Assembly (NCBI RefSeq): GCF_001194135.2
Contig: NC_068983.1
Span: 14,040,772 to 14,082,420 of the forward strand
Reading direction: 5' to 3'
From: Octopus bimaculoides
Lineage: Eukaryota
Length of the DNA stretch: 41,649 bases
Both the position numbers and the translations under genes were made by a program. A model generated the notes under the pieces. It searched no databases and was not told where the DNA came from. It was given only the letters and a program-made list of their open reading frames with translations. Every line of letters starts with the position of its first letter. The stretch's first letter is position 1. This document shows, piece after piece, positions 23,132-34,559 of the stretch.

Positions 23132-23535
23132 GTTGTTGTACTTGGGGATGGTCATATTGCCAGTTTAGCCAATAATATGTATATAATATGTATATATGTA
23201 TATATATATGTATATATGTATATATATATGTATANNNNNNNNNNNNNNNNNNNNNNNNNNNNNNNNNNNNNNNNNNNNNNNNNNNNNNNNNNNNNNNNNN
23301 NNNNNNNNNNNNNNNNNNNNNNNNNNNNNNNNNNNNNNNNNNNNTGTTTGTGTATATGTGTGTTTGTCTTGCACCACCACTTTACAACCAGTGGTGGCGT
23401 GTTTGCGTCCCCGAAACTTAGGAGTTCGGCAAAAGAAACCGATAAAATAAGTACCAGTCTTTTAAAAAAAGTACCGGGGTCGATTCGTTCGACTAAAAAA
23501 CTCTTCAAGGCTGAAACAAGTAAAAGATAAAAGAT
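22928..23535 (+). mobile_element. SINE family B, full length, internal microsatellite expanded and containing an N gap (23235-23344)
   Basis: 5' half 22928-23098 and 3' half 23345-23535 match the 3156 copy. Confidence 0.9.
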
Positions 23536-24489
23536 ATCCTCTTAATTCGTGGTCTTTCATTTTGTACTGGACACCAAAGGCTGCGAATTGGCCGAGTGTG
23601 CTTTGTATTGGACGCTAGGGAATTAGCAAGGTGTGTCCGTGTCCTGGTTGACGCGCGGAGTAGCTAAAGCAACATATGTAATGTCTTGTAGTATTTGTTC
23701 CAGTTCTCCGCTGAGGTTAAATCCCACCAAGATCAAACAGGTTTGCTTGTAATGCTTCTGAAGTTGATAAACAAAATATCCGTCAAGTGCTGGCGTCACT
23801 TTATTCACCCTCCTTCTCATCTCGTCCATTTTATCCATTTCTTTCTATCTTTTATTCCCTCACAACTGATTACATAACTGATCTCAGCCGACAAATAGTG
23901 TCTTCGAAACCAAAAAAAAAACAAACAAAAACACCCAAAAACATTAAATGAAAAAGAAAGATAACGCCATCGAAATAAGGTATTCTCTCACGGTAATTTC
24001 ATGACAAACATGGTGATTGTCATTAAAGTCACAAGGGTTGTTCGTTGACCTGATAACGTAATGAAGGAAGAAAATAACAATAATAATAATAATAAAACAA
24101 AAACACAAAGGAAAAGACATGAAGATTTCAAATAAATTGGAAGCAGTTTTTTTAAATTCCAATAACATAATCTAGTGTTTGGTAACACCAACTGAACGAA
24201 TCAAATAATTGTAAATCATCTGATATTGTTCTTTTCTAAATAATCAGAAACGTATTTTTTCTATTCTCTTTACACATTGCGCTAATGGGAATAAACGGAA
24301 CAACATGACAAGTTTGGTGAGGTGGATGTATGTCATAACTCAATTTTAGCTGATAAAACTTTGATTTTTATGGTTTAGAATTGTAATAAATCATTAGAGA
24401 GTCACAAAATCGTTTGCAGCTAATTAATAATCATTCATTTTATTTTAGGCATATATAGTCTGATATCAATAGATCGCTTCTGTTTTTGA

Positions 24490-24625
24490 TGTTATTGCTG
24501 TTGTTTAGCCTTAAATCAACTCAAATTCGAATAAATATTTGATCAAAAGCATTCCAGCCGTGATCTCCCCGTCTTTCTGTTTATCTAAGGCTGGGTCGTT
24601 CCAATGCAGACTTCATCCTCTTTTT
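24490..24625 (-). mobile_element. Family D 3' part
   Basis: Minus strand GACGGGGAGATCACGGCTGGAATGCTTTTGATCA...GGCTAAACAACAGC. Confidence 0.65.
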
Positions 24626-24629
24626 GAGT

Positions 24630-24860
24630 CGGCGAATTGGCTGAGTTGTTAGAATGTTGTATAGAATGGTTTATCTTATTTGTTTCAACTGTCTATGCAC
24701 TGAGCTCAAATCCTGTTTAGGCCAACTCTGCCATTTATTTTTTCCCGAAGTAGATAAAGTGCCAGGCCAGGCAGTAAATTAGCAGAATTGGTAGGGCGTC
24801 GGACGAAATGCTTTGTGGCATCTCTTCCGATACTTTGCGTTCTAGATTAAATCTCATATT
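24630..24860 (+). mobile_element. Two degenerate SINE family A heads in tandem
   Basis: GAGTCGGCGAATTGGCTGAG...GAGCTCAAATCC and GGCAGTAAATTAGCAGAATTGGTAGGGCGTCGGACGAAATGCTTTG. Confidence 0.5.
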
Positions 24861-25112
24861 AGGTGCCAATGGCCACAGCTAATAACCAGACTATTGTCAA
24901 CTTCACAAGCATGCGTATACAGTCCGGCCTACAACCTATATAGATAGACCTATAATAACATTAAAAATCTGGAATGTTAAGTCTGTTAATGGATGATACG
25001 AGACAACGCCATAACATGTAATGTATTCAGATTGATTAAAATAGGCAATTGATTTGGTTCTACTTGACTGGTTTATGAAATGACAATGACAAAAAGAAAA
25101 CAAAATGAATAA

Positions 25113-25180
25113 AGGGGGTAAGATTTGACTGCTATTTCCAGTAGGTGAAGCTACCATGTAGATATCTCCTTATTGGCTCA
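25113..25180 (-). mobile_element. Family D head (best-preserved ribozyme-like segment)
   Basis: Minus strand GAGCCAATAAGGAGATATCTACATGGTAGCTTCACCTACTGGAAATAGCAGTCAAATCTTACCCC. Confidence 0.65.
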
Positions 25181-26269
25181 TCTACAATGCTAGAACGCCG
25201 AGCTGAAAGATGACACATTATTGAATAGCGATTAGTCATTCTGACTATCACATAACATTTGGATTTTTGCGTTATACACTAGGATGATCTAACAATTACA
25301 AATAATTTAATTTTTGTACGTGTGAATACATAAGTCTTGAAAGTCAATTGATCTGCTTCATATTAACACGATGTTAACAAATGATGCAAGAGGACGCCCT
25401 TAGCATGTAATATGCTCAGATGGATGAAAGAAGGCTTTGATTCGGTTCCGATTGACTTGTTCATCAAAATACTGTAATTTCACAAAATTGAGAGCGACAC
25501 GATGAGAGCAAAATACTTGCTTAGAAATTCTCAGGAGATAGTGCTGCTGGTTTTCCCTGTGTCCTATAATTATTGCTTATGAGTTAACCAATAAAAGAAA
25601 TCCAATTTAATGAATGGAATTAGAAAGATCCAAGCTCATCTACTACTGTCTTCTCATGGACGGCCTAAACATATTTGCTGTAAATGGTTCTGCGATTCAA
25701 AAGAGTCTCATTATTATCAATCAGTTTTGAAAAAAACATTAAGTATGTCGTTAATGTATTAGTCATTCGGCACATCACTTCGTTTTCAGTTTGAATCCTT
25801 TCTTCTATCAGGGCATCGTAATTGTTTTCCCCTTTCTATTTTGAAACGGATGTAACTAATTAATGTTCAAAGTTCGAAAGATCTAAATTAGCAAGAAGCC
25901 GCCAATTCACACACTAGCTAATTCACCATAGCTACCAGTCATAGAGAATCTATCTACACTTTGTTGCGAAAGGAAGTCAGGGAAGCTATCTTTTCTCCAT
26001 GCCATAACTGACATTCAATTTAATTCAACAAGTCAGCAATCTATGGACATTGACCAAGTGCATAGAAAACTGTTCCGTTGTTCTTTCCCTCCTAGAATAG
26101 ATCTGACTGACGGTACTGTTGACATTATAGTTTATCTCGAATCCGCAATGCCTCACAGTAGCACTATTAGGGTAAAAGATTTCAGGAAATTAACCATAAG
26201 CACCTGATAAAAGCCCTAGAAAAAGATTGCTCCACACATCCACATCTATATATATATATATATATATAT

Positions 26270-26369
26270 NNNNNNNNNNNNNNNNNNNNNNNNNNNNNNN
26301 NNNNNNNNNNNNNNNNNNNNNNNNNNNNNNNNNNNNNNNNNNNNNNNNNNNNNNNNNNNNNNNNNNNNN
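26270..26369. other. Assembly gap (N run)
   Basis: Ns after (TA)n. Confidence 0.99.
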
Positions 26370-26689
26370 AGCAACACTTTTCATCAACTTTACTCGCGGC
26401 CTATGCGCCCACATACCTCAACTCCTCCTCCACAATTCATTGCATACTGTCGCATAGTGAAAGCATGCATGCTCTTATACCATATTTCTCTCTCTCATTT
26501 CTCCCTACCCCCTTCTATTTTTTATTGTTATGATTCTCTTTTTTCCTTTTTGTTCCATCCTTTCATTCCATGTGTTCACGTACCTTATTTACTCAGTTTC
26601 TTGACACTAGCCCCATCTCCACCACCATAAGTGAAGTCGTGTGAAATTGAATCACAAATGTGGGACCACTAAACCGTCAACGTCACAAC

Positions 26690-26860
26690 AGAGCTCGCTC
26701 TGTGAGGAGATGTGCAAACTCTTAGGGTTAAAAGTGAAAGAAAAAGAAAGGACAAAGCTCTTCGGTGGGAACGAAGGCTTCAGAACCAGATTGAACAGCT
26801 GAAGCGAGACCTTGGACGGACACATGCAATCATAGAAGGATGCGTTTACGAAGAAAACGT
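26690..26860 (+). mobile_element. R4/Dong-clade retrotransposon fragment, region upstream of the RT
   Basis: EEMCKLLGLKVKEKERTK then (frameshift) RWERRLQNQIEQLKRDLGR resembles the P-x-W-x-RRL-x-x-x-I-x-x-LR-x-D-x-x-R motif of R4/Dong ORFs. Confidence 0.6.
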
Positions 26861-27129
26861 CAACGTGAACGTAAAAGAAAAAAGAAATAAATAAAAAGGA
26901 TGCATTTACGAAGAAAACAGAAAATAAAATTTACAAAAAAACCAAAACCAAGTCAAAAAAACTGACACGTGCAAATGAATCGCTAGGCAACGTGAAAATA
27001 CGCACGAGCATTTTGGAGGCAGACTCGCATCTCCATTACTCTTCATCATTTCACGAATCCCTTTCACAAGTATACTGAGAAAATCCAGGCCTGCCTATGA
27101 GTTTACTAAATTCAAGGTGAGAATGGATC

Positions 27130-28690
27130 ACCTACTTTATACAGATGACCTCAGTTTCTAAGCCGGTGGTCTGGTCGACTGGTGCGGGTTGCGAAGATGT
27201 AGGTGTTGTTGTTAATGTTTTTCTCAGGTGTGGTATAGGTTTTTGCTGCTAATGTTGTTGAATAGATCTCTCCTGCCGCTCTTTCTCTTGATGCTGTTGT
27301 TTTAAATTTAGAAGCTGCTGCTCTTGGCACTGATGCTGCTGATGCTGCGGTTGTTGTTTTTGTTGCTGTTGTTGAATAGATCTCTCCTGCCGCTCTTTCT
27401 CTTGATGCTGTTGTTGTTTTGGTTTTGGATGCTGCTGCACTTGGCACTGATGTTGTTGGTGTTGGTGTTGGAGCTGCGGTTGTTGCATTTGTTACTGTTG
27501 TTGTTGTTGTTGTGTTAGTGAGGTCTGCAGCAACGGATTATTTTATCTTCTTTACACAGAGCAGAAAATCTTTAAATCAGTTGTTTCGCCACAAATGTGA
27601 ATCTCGGCTTTCTGCCCTGTACTGCTACAACTAATCGTGTTCCATTAGGTAGGGTGATCAGATCAAGGATAGCTTCGGTACTGCTCAAATCAGCGTGTAA
27701 CCAGAATTCCACGCCTGTGCCTGATTTTTTATTTTGTCCACTATACCGTATAATTCTCCTGAATTTTTATTTTGTCCACTATACCGTATAATACAGATTC
27801 TACTAGCAAAGAGATGTCCGCTTCAAGTGTCACCTCCGTTATCTTTATTTTGACAACTCTCTGACAGAGGTATGTCGAAATTAGCCATAAATCCTCACCT
27901 TTGAGGGTGGTTGTGAAAATGTTTTTTGTTAATTCATTAGTTGAGAATCATACCTCAACTGCGCCAAAGCGTCTCCCACGGGCGACAAGATTTCAAACCC
28001 TAGACCAGTCTCAGTCAGTTTTCGATTTGAGCCTGCGTTGCTCGCTTCAGTTTTTAAGTCTTTAATGATATACAGTTATATATAATGTCTTTTTCTTAGC
28101 GTCTTCTTGCACTTCCTCCGATTTGTCAATGTACACTGTTCTATTATTCTTTGATAAGTGCATCTTAGCGTTGCTCAATATATTTTCTGTCAATTCGATT
28201 TTCTTCTTGTTTGTACAGGCTTGTGCCAAACCATTTCCATTCTGTTTAGAGAAAACGACTTCCGCTGTTATCACGTTATTGTTTGTGTGGTAGTGGTGGT
28301 GTTGGTGTTAGTGTTAGGTACGGTGGTGGAGGTCGTGCTTGTGTCGTCTTTCTCGTCACTGCTACTTCTGGTTGTTGTTGTTGTTGTTGTTGTTGCTGTT
28401 GTCTTTGCTTTGTTTCTCGACCACATCATCTAGTGGCGGGGAAAGAATGTCATTGCAGCTATTCCAACAGCTGTCGCTTCCACCGATTTGGGAAGATATA
28501 TTGATATTTTTGTTCCAAACTATTCAATTTGCAATTTTAAATCTCAAAATTTGCCTTTATTGCGCGAATTCACGCCCGAGTTCATAGCATTGCTTGCAGC
28601 GAGCAGAGTCGTTGAGTTAACAGTTGAACAAAAGTTGGAATACCAACAAATTTTAGAGAAAACTTACGAAGCATAAACACGCGCCCTCTT
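27130..28690 (-). mobile_element. 5' portion and ORF1 relic of an L1/Tx1-like LINE with zinc knuckle and Gln-rich tail
   Basis: VARGRRFGAVEV*FST...STYLCQRVVKIKITEV...LITLPNGTRLVVAVQGRKPR followed by a decayed CX2CX4HX4C (R-[T-T]-HICGETT-D-LKIFC, 27561-27602), then a poly-Gln region in the same frame. Clade assignment is inferred. Confidence 0.72.
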
Positions 28691-28744
28691 GCTCCAGACA
28701 CAAATAATAATAACAATAACAACAACAACGACAACAATAATAAT

Positions 28745-28958
28745 AATCCTTCCTGCTATAGGCACAAAGCCTGATATTTGAGGGAGGGGACTAGTCGATT
28801 ATATCGAACCCAGTGTTAAACTGACACTTAATTTATCGACCCCGAAGGATTGAAGGCAAAGTCAACTTCGGAGGAATTTGAACTCAGAACGTGGCGGCAG
28901 AGGAAATACCGCTAAGCATTTCGCCCGGCGTGTTAGCGATTCTGCTAGCTCGCCGCTT
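28745..28958 (-). mobile_element. SINE family A, full length, tail type 1
   Basis: Reverse complement of head and core with GGCTTTGTGCCTATAGCAGGAAGGATTATT tail; AAT-rich repeats on both sides. Confidence 0.92.
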
Positions 28959-29009
28959 TAATATCAATAATGGTAATAATAATAATAATAATAATAATGA
29001 TGATGATAT

Positions 29010-29597
29010 AGGAGGCTATGTGAAAAGTACGGCCTGAACAGAGCACAGAAATGGTATGAACATTAATCAGAATGAGGCACCGAGAACAAGGATTATAAGA
29101 TACTGTTGGATTTTACAATCCAATGTGACTCCCTAATCGATGCTCGGAAACCAGATAGTGTTGCAGTAGATAAAGGAAAAAAGAAACCAAGATTATAGAT
29201 ATTGCAATACCTGGGGATGCACGCATAAGAACCAGAAAAGATTCAAAAATATAGACTACCAAAAGACGGAATTGCAAGAATGTGGACTATGAAGAGAGTG
29301 TCATTCCAGTATTTGTAGGGGCACTTGGAACACTAACAACCAAGTTCAAGAAATATGTCAGAGAATATCGGAATTAACGTGAGAGAAGAACAAGTTCAAA
29401 GAACTCTTTTGCTGGGGACAACTAGGATTTCGGGATTGGTACTTGGATGTTGAATGTCTCCCACGATAATTAATAACCAATTATCAAAGCTTATAATGTG
29501 GAAAGAGACCTCGTAAGATCTCTGACAACAGGCTGCTGTTCGCTCTCACATAATCTACCAGAAGAAACAAGACCGAGCGCTCAGAGAAGTAAAGCAA
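29010..29597 (+). mobile_element. R4/Dong-clade 3' end no. 1 (RLE domain plus 3' UTR)
   Basis: LCEKYGLNRAQKWYEH...KILLDFTIQCDSLIDARKPDSVAVDK...IIDIAIPGDARI...VGALGT...LLGTTRI contains the PD-(D/E)xK restriction-like endonuclease; followed by (TAC)n 29598-29691. Confidence 0.88.
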
Positions 29598-29603
29598 AAA
29601 CAA

Positions 29604-29650
<47 letters not shown>

Positions 29651-29651
29651 T

Positions 29652-29692
<41 letters not shown>

Positions 29693-29715
29693 AATAATAA
29701 TAATAATAATGATAA

Positions 29716-29950
29716 TAAAACACCAGGACGTACAAGTATATATAACATACAGAAAATTGCACTACTGGGTACTGCACACATCCTACGCAAGACACTTTCA
29801 ATACAGTAACCATAAGAGCATCACAGCAAACCACAGTATATACCCAAGGCACACAGAGCTGCGCTCAGTAGTGAAGTGTAAGCACAATATGAAAATAAAA
29901 CTACTGAATGATGATGATGATAATAATAATAATAATAATAATAATAATAT
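29716..29950 (+). mobile_element. R4/Dong-clade 3' end no. 2
   Basis: KTPGRTSIYNIQKIALLGTAHILRKTLSIQ* then a 3' UTR and (GAT/AAT)n tail. Confidence 0.88.
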
Positions 29951-29959
29951 TGATAATAT

Positions 29960-30502
29960 ATTGTCCACGGCAATATAGCTAGGCTTGTCCATTGGACTCC
30001 ACGATAATATAGCCAGGCTTGGACACTTTGCAACAAGTATGGACTTAACAGAGCAAAAAATTGGTACGACCACAAACCTGAAGGTATCGTCGAAAATAGA
30101 AATGCAAAGATCCTATGGGATTTTATGATTCAGTGCCACCATGAGATAGAGAATAGATATAGCATGCCCAGCTGGCATCAAGGTACGCGATAAGGAAGAA
30201 AGAAAAGTTGAGAGATATGACAGGTTAGCTTGGGAAGTTAAGCAGTTGTGGTCGATGAAAAAGGTAGTAGCAGTCGTACCAATAATTGTCGGAGCCCTGG
30301 GAACAGTGAGCAGAAATCTCGAGAAGTACGTGGAACAAATAGGGGTTGCAATAAGGGTGGAACACTTGCAGAAAACAGCACTGCTTGGAACCGCTCGAAT
30401 CCTCCGGAAGGTGCTCAAAAAATAAGAGGTGTTACCGTAGTTCACTGGTAGTGAACAGCTGACACTGTAGTGCATCTTCAGCGTTGGAAGCTGTGCAAAG
30501 GC

Positions 30503-30530
<28 letters not shown>
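29960..30530 (+). mobile_element. R4/Dong-clade 3' end no. 3
   Basis: HDNIARL...LCNKYGLNRAKNWYDHKPEGIVEN...KILWDFMIQCHHEIE [PD motif deleted] IDIACP...VGALGTVSRNLEKYVEQIG...LQKTALLGTARILRKVLKK* with an (AAT)n tail. Confidence 0.9.
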
Positions 30531-30531
<1 letters not shown>

Positions 30532-30533
<2 letters not shown>

Positions 30534-30737
30534 GCTTCAAATTTTGTCACAAGGTCAGCCATTTTTAGAGGGAGGGGATGAGTCGATTACATCGACAACA
30601 ATGTTCAACTGGTAGTTATTTCATCGTCCCCGAAAAGACGAAAGGTAAAGTCGGCCTCGGCCGAATTTGAACTCAGAATGTAAAATGGACGAAATACCGC
30701 TAAGCATTTTGCCCGGCGTGCTAACGATTCTGCTAGC
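30532..30737 (-). mobile_element. SINE family A, tail type 1
   Basis: Reverse complement of head and core, (AAT)n on both sides. Confidence 0.92.
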
Positions 30738-31649
30738 TTAATAATAATAATAATAATAATAATATGATGATGATGATTTGCTTTATTGTTAAAGGAACGG
30801 GAGATGATGGAGGTTATAAGAGAGATTACGAAATCGCGAGTGTTTAGATCATGTGTAGGAAATAGGATTGAAAAAAAAAATGTGGCTTCTTAACTGAACA
30901 TGAAGTCATAAGACTACGAGTAAAGAAATCATGAGGGATTTTTCTTTCAATAATAAAAATGTGGAATAAATTGACTTGCTTTCGCTTTAGTGTAATGTTC
31001 TTTTGTGTAAGCATGTCTGATGACTTACGAACTAAACAATGCTGACATAAAATGCTAAAATTTTCCTCAGTAATAAAACATTCGCCGGTATTTATTATAA
31101 CCGACACATCTGATAAACATTCGATAGTATTTTATCATAAACAAGTGAAAGATATCATAAAACTCAAATATAATAAAGAGTAATTTCGACATGTTATTTA
31201 ATACTACGTTGCGGATATTAAAATATGATTCCCTGTATCAGGCATTATCGTCTGAATCTGGTCAAAAAGATTATAAAATAGAGCTTGTAAAACAAACAAA
31301 CACACAATGAAGTTTTTTTTTCAAGATAAGCAGCAACACCATCAGCAACAGAAAAACAGTCAAAACGTTATGTTTGTATTAATTAACAGGAAAACGGCTT
31401 TTCACGGCTTTACATAAACTAAGTCTGCAATAAATTGATACGATAATAAAATAGTTTGAAGAACCATAAAACATTTTAATTCAAAATATTTTAATGATGT
31501 GACTTCGAACTATGGCGAGATAGTTGCGGTCGTGAGGCTTATAATGGTATAATACTTGCTGCCGGCGTTGTAGCAATGGTAGTGGTAATGTTATTTAATG
31601 AACCTATAGTGAAGTTATAATAGTGGTAACAGGTATTGCCTATTATCGT

Positions 31650-31830
31650 GTTTGATGCTGATGCTGATGTCTATTAAAATAATCAAAGGCATTCCAGCCA
31701 TAACTTCCCCGCTTATTTTCAGACATTGCATTCTGGACTACATTATCTAATGTGTCTTTCCTTTAATTTCTTTTAAGACGGTTGAGTGTGGTTAAAGGGA
31801 TGTTTGGTTGTTGTTTGTAGTTCTTCCTTG
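31650..31830 (-). mobile_element. Family D copy
   Basis: Minus strand AAAGACACATTAGATAATGTAGTCC...GGCTGGAATGCCTTTGATTA. Confidence 0.65.
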
Positions 31831-32564
31831 ATATGACATGATTCGTGTTGGCAGTCGTCGGGAAAATAACGCCACTGGTGTTAATGGAAAGTTGTGCTGT
31901 TAATATGTTAAATGGGTGTCGGCGTGATCAATATAGCCATATTGTTTGAGGGGTAGTCATGAAGGTGCTAATAATTTTGATGATTAGTGGTGATGGTAGT
32001 CATTTTGATATTGTCCGTATATATATCTATGGTGTTCACACACGTCATAAAGCTGCTGCTACTGCTGCTACTGCTGCTACTACTGCGTTTGCTGCCCGTT
32101 ACAGTCATATTCTTTAAATATAGTAATATTTCTATATCTCTGTTTGTATTGTCTTTTGTATATAATTCTTTGAGATTTTAATGCGATTATGTAAAGATTT
32201 ATTGTTTTATGTGTGCATTCTTAAAAATTAAAATTACAAAAAAAAAAAAGACAAAAAGAAAAGCACATATTTGAACTATGGCAGTAATATTCTTTTCTAT
32301 TAGCGCAAAATTTATTGAGAAACACGTCGAGAGTGACATAAATTATTTCTTGTGGAATAATGTGTCGGTAGCGGATTATATTTTTTCTTTTTCACCTCAA
32401 CAGCTCGTAGCTTTGTAATCAATGTTCCTATCATTGGTTTATTTCTTTATACTTGAATATACAACTGGGCGTAAAAATATTTCAACAATGTATGAATTGG
32501 TTTACTGATAATTATCAAACCGATCTATAGGGAATATATAGAAATTAGAAATAATGACCTCATG

Positions 32565-32806
32565 TGGGACTATCGGCTTCCACATCTACGTTGACGTTCG
32601 TTTTGCTAGAAGTAGTAGTCAACTCTCCCACAAACCTCACCGAACTGTCTTCGAAAGAGAAGGAGACATCGGAAAATGTCTGCAAATGCACTATTCAAAT
32701 AAAAAAAAAATAAAGGGTATGATTTTCAAAGTTGGACGCCTTTTTGGTCATAGATTTCCTTGATGATTCCATACTTGAGGCAAAACACCAAAAGCAACAA
32801 CTACAA
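32565..32806 (+). mobile_element. Family D copy, near full length
   Basis: TCTACGTTGACGTTCGTTTTGCTAGAAGTAGTAGTCAACTCTCCCAC...GGAGACATCGGAAAATG...GGCAAAACACC then an AAC-like tail. Confidence 0.65.
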
Positions 32807-32949
32807 GACCTATGCTTTTTACGTTCAAAGTCTTATATAGTAAGTACTAGCAATAGCTAAAAGTAGTAAGCAGTCATCGCTGGAATTCAAATAAACAGAT
32901 TTTTGTTGTACCTGTGTAGCCCCAGATAAATTTCCATTGAGTAAATTCG

Positions 32950-33105
32950 TAATCAAAGTCGTTTTAGTCGTTATTATCTCATTCCATCTTTTATTCAGAC
33001 ATAAAGTATTTAAGACTGCAATCTTGCTCGATCCTTTTGAAACGATCTGCTGCGATTTGAGGGAAATTTTGCTACTGTTTAGCGATTGCGTAGAGGCTCC
33101 TAATT
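32950..33105 (-). mobile_element. Family D copy with partly deleted head
   Basis: Minus strand AGGAGCCTCTACGCAATCGCT...AGTAGCAAAATTTCCCTCAAATC...TGCAGTCTTAAATAC. Confidence 0.55.
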
Positions 33106-34069
33106 GAAAGGTTCTCGCATGCAATGTACTGCTGCAGGATGCATTCTACGATGAGATATAGGACATAGGAAGAATTAAAAACAAAGGTAGATTTTTGAAC
33201 AAACAAAATGATCTAATACGATTTGGAGTATCTACTTCTTCATTATTTGCAAATTTAATATAAATATAATTATGAATTTAATATACTGATTAAGATGTTG
33301 ATGTAATTTAAACTTTATATGAAATATTGAGATGTAATTTAGTAGGTGTGATTTATGAAACACATTTATTTTTTATATGTTCCTTCTCATATGAAATATA
33401 ATTTGTTATCTCTGAAAATGAAGACATTCGGAGTTAACTAAAAAGCAATGTTATTTAATTACAATTTATAATAAATTTAGATATACTACAAGATAGATAA
33501 CAATGAACAAAGCTGTTGACACAAACAACGTCGAAAATACGTGACTCTTTTCTTAAAGATCCTGTAATATAAGAACCGAAAAACATTTTTCTAGAACATT
33601 GTTGTTATAAAGCAAGCTGCAGTATTTGTTGTATATTTCCATTTTCATACAAGATCTGACTGGTTGTGTTTGCACTTTTAAAATTTCTCTCCATAAGTGA
33701 ACCTTCCTTCATACCTGTTCATCACACTTCTCCATATATTTTAATTGACTTATTTCTGATATGTTTTAATCATCTCCCACAGCTATTCATCACAAGTACT
33801 CCAGAGATCATACAATGCCTTAATCTGTCTTTCGAGTTGACATTACACGTCCAATTAACTATACTCAACTTAGAGCATTATAGCTGCTGTGAATATTGTT
33901 TGTAAACTATAACATTTCACTATATCATCCTCTCACTTGGCATTTCAAGGAATCCGAATGTGTGAAAATTTCTCATCTAGATAGTGAGTGTGTCTGAGTT
34001 TGTTAATCATTTCGAAAGATTGCCGCCGGCTTGCAATTATATTTATTCATATATTTATTGTCATGAAAT

Positions 34070-34290
34070 TCGCTCGCCAACACACTTCACCTTCTGATTC
34101 ACAAGCGTTTTGTAGCCTCACACTTCCTGGGTGGTCGTGTGTTACTTTTACTCTTACTCTCCAGAATTATTCGCCTCTTACGTCCATCTCAAGCCTTGCA
34201 CTAAGCAATTCATCCAGGTCATCCACTCTAGAATGTCAATCCACTGGAATTTTCTCTTTACCCTTTATTTCTTCTCTAAACGATGTATAA
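34070..34290 (-). mobile_element. Highly decayed RTE-type 3' coding relic
   Basis: Frame-hopping F-Q-W-I/HSRVDDLDE...EMDVRG...RPPRK resembles the RTE C-terminal LRWFGHV-x-RM...G-x-R-x-RGRPRK motif. Confidence 0.35.
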
Positions 34291-34559
34291 CTATTCACGT
34301 AAAACGCCAATCGCGTCAATCTCACTAGTCTTTAAGGGTCTGTAAATGTGACGAGTGCAGCTTCTTACCGACCAATTACATACAACGTACAAGGTACTAA
34401 AGGAAAAAAGGAAACAAACAACGTCAATAATTTATTAATTACATTGATTCCAAATTAATAATCTCTCCAACGAACAAGTAATGTTTTAACAAAAACTATC
34501 CTTTACAACTACTTTAAGTAAAAGATTTGTAAATATTTGTTTTTCAATTCATAGAAGGA

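Noticed and set aside
26370-26460. Possible Penelope GIY-YIG C-terminus (LCAHIPQLLLHNS)
   Set aside because: Too short and divergent, and truncated by the gap.
27151-27447. Thr/Ala-rich mucin-like ORF
   Set aside because: Alternative reading frame of the Gln-rich LINE ORF1 relic.
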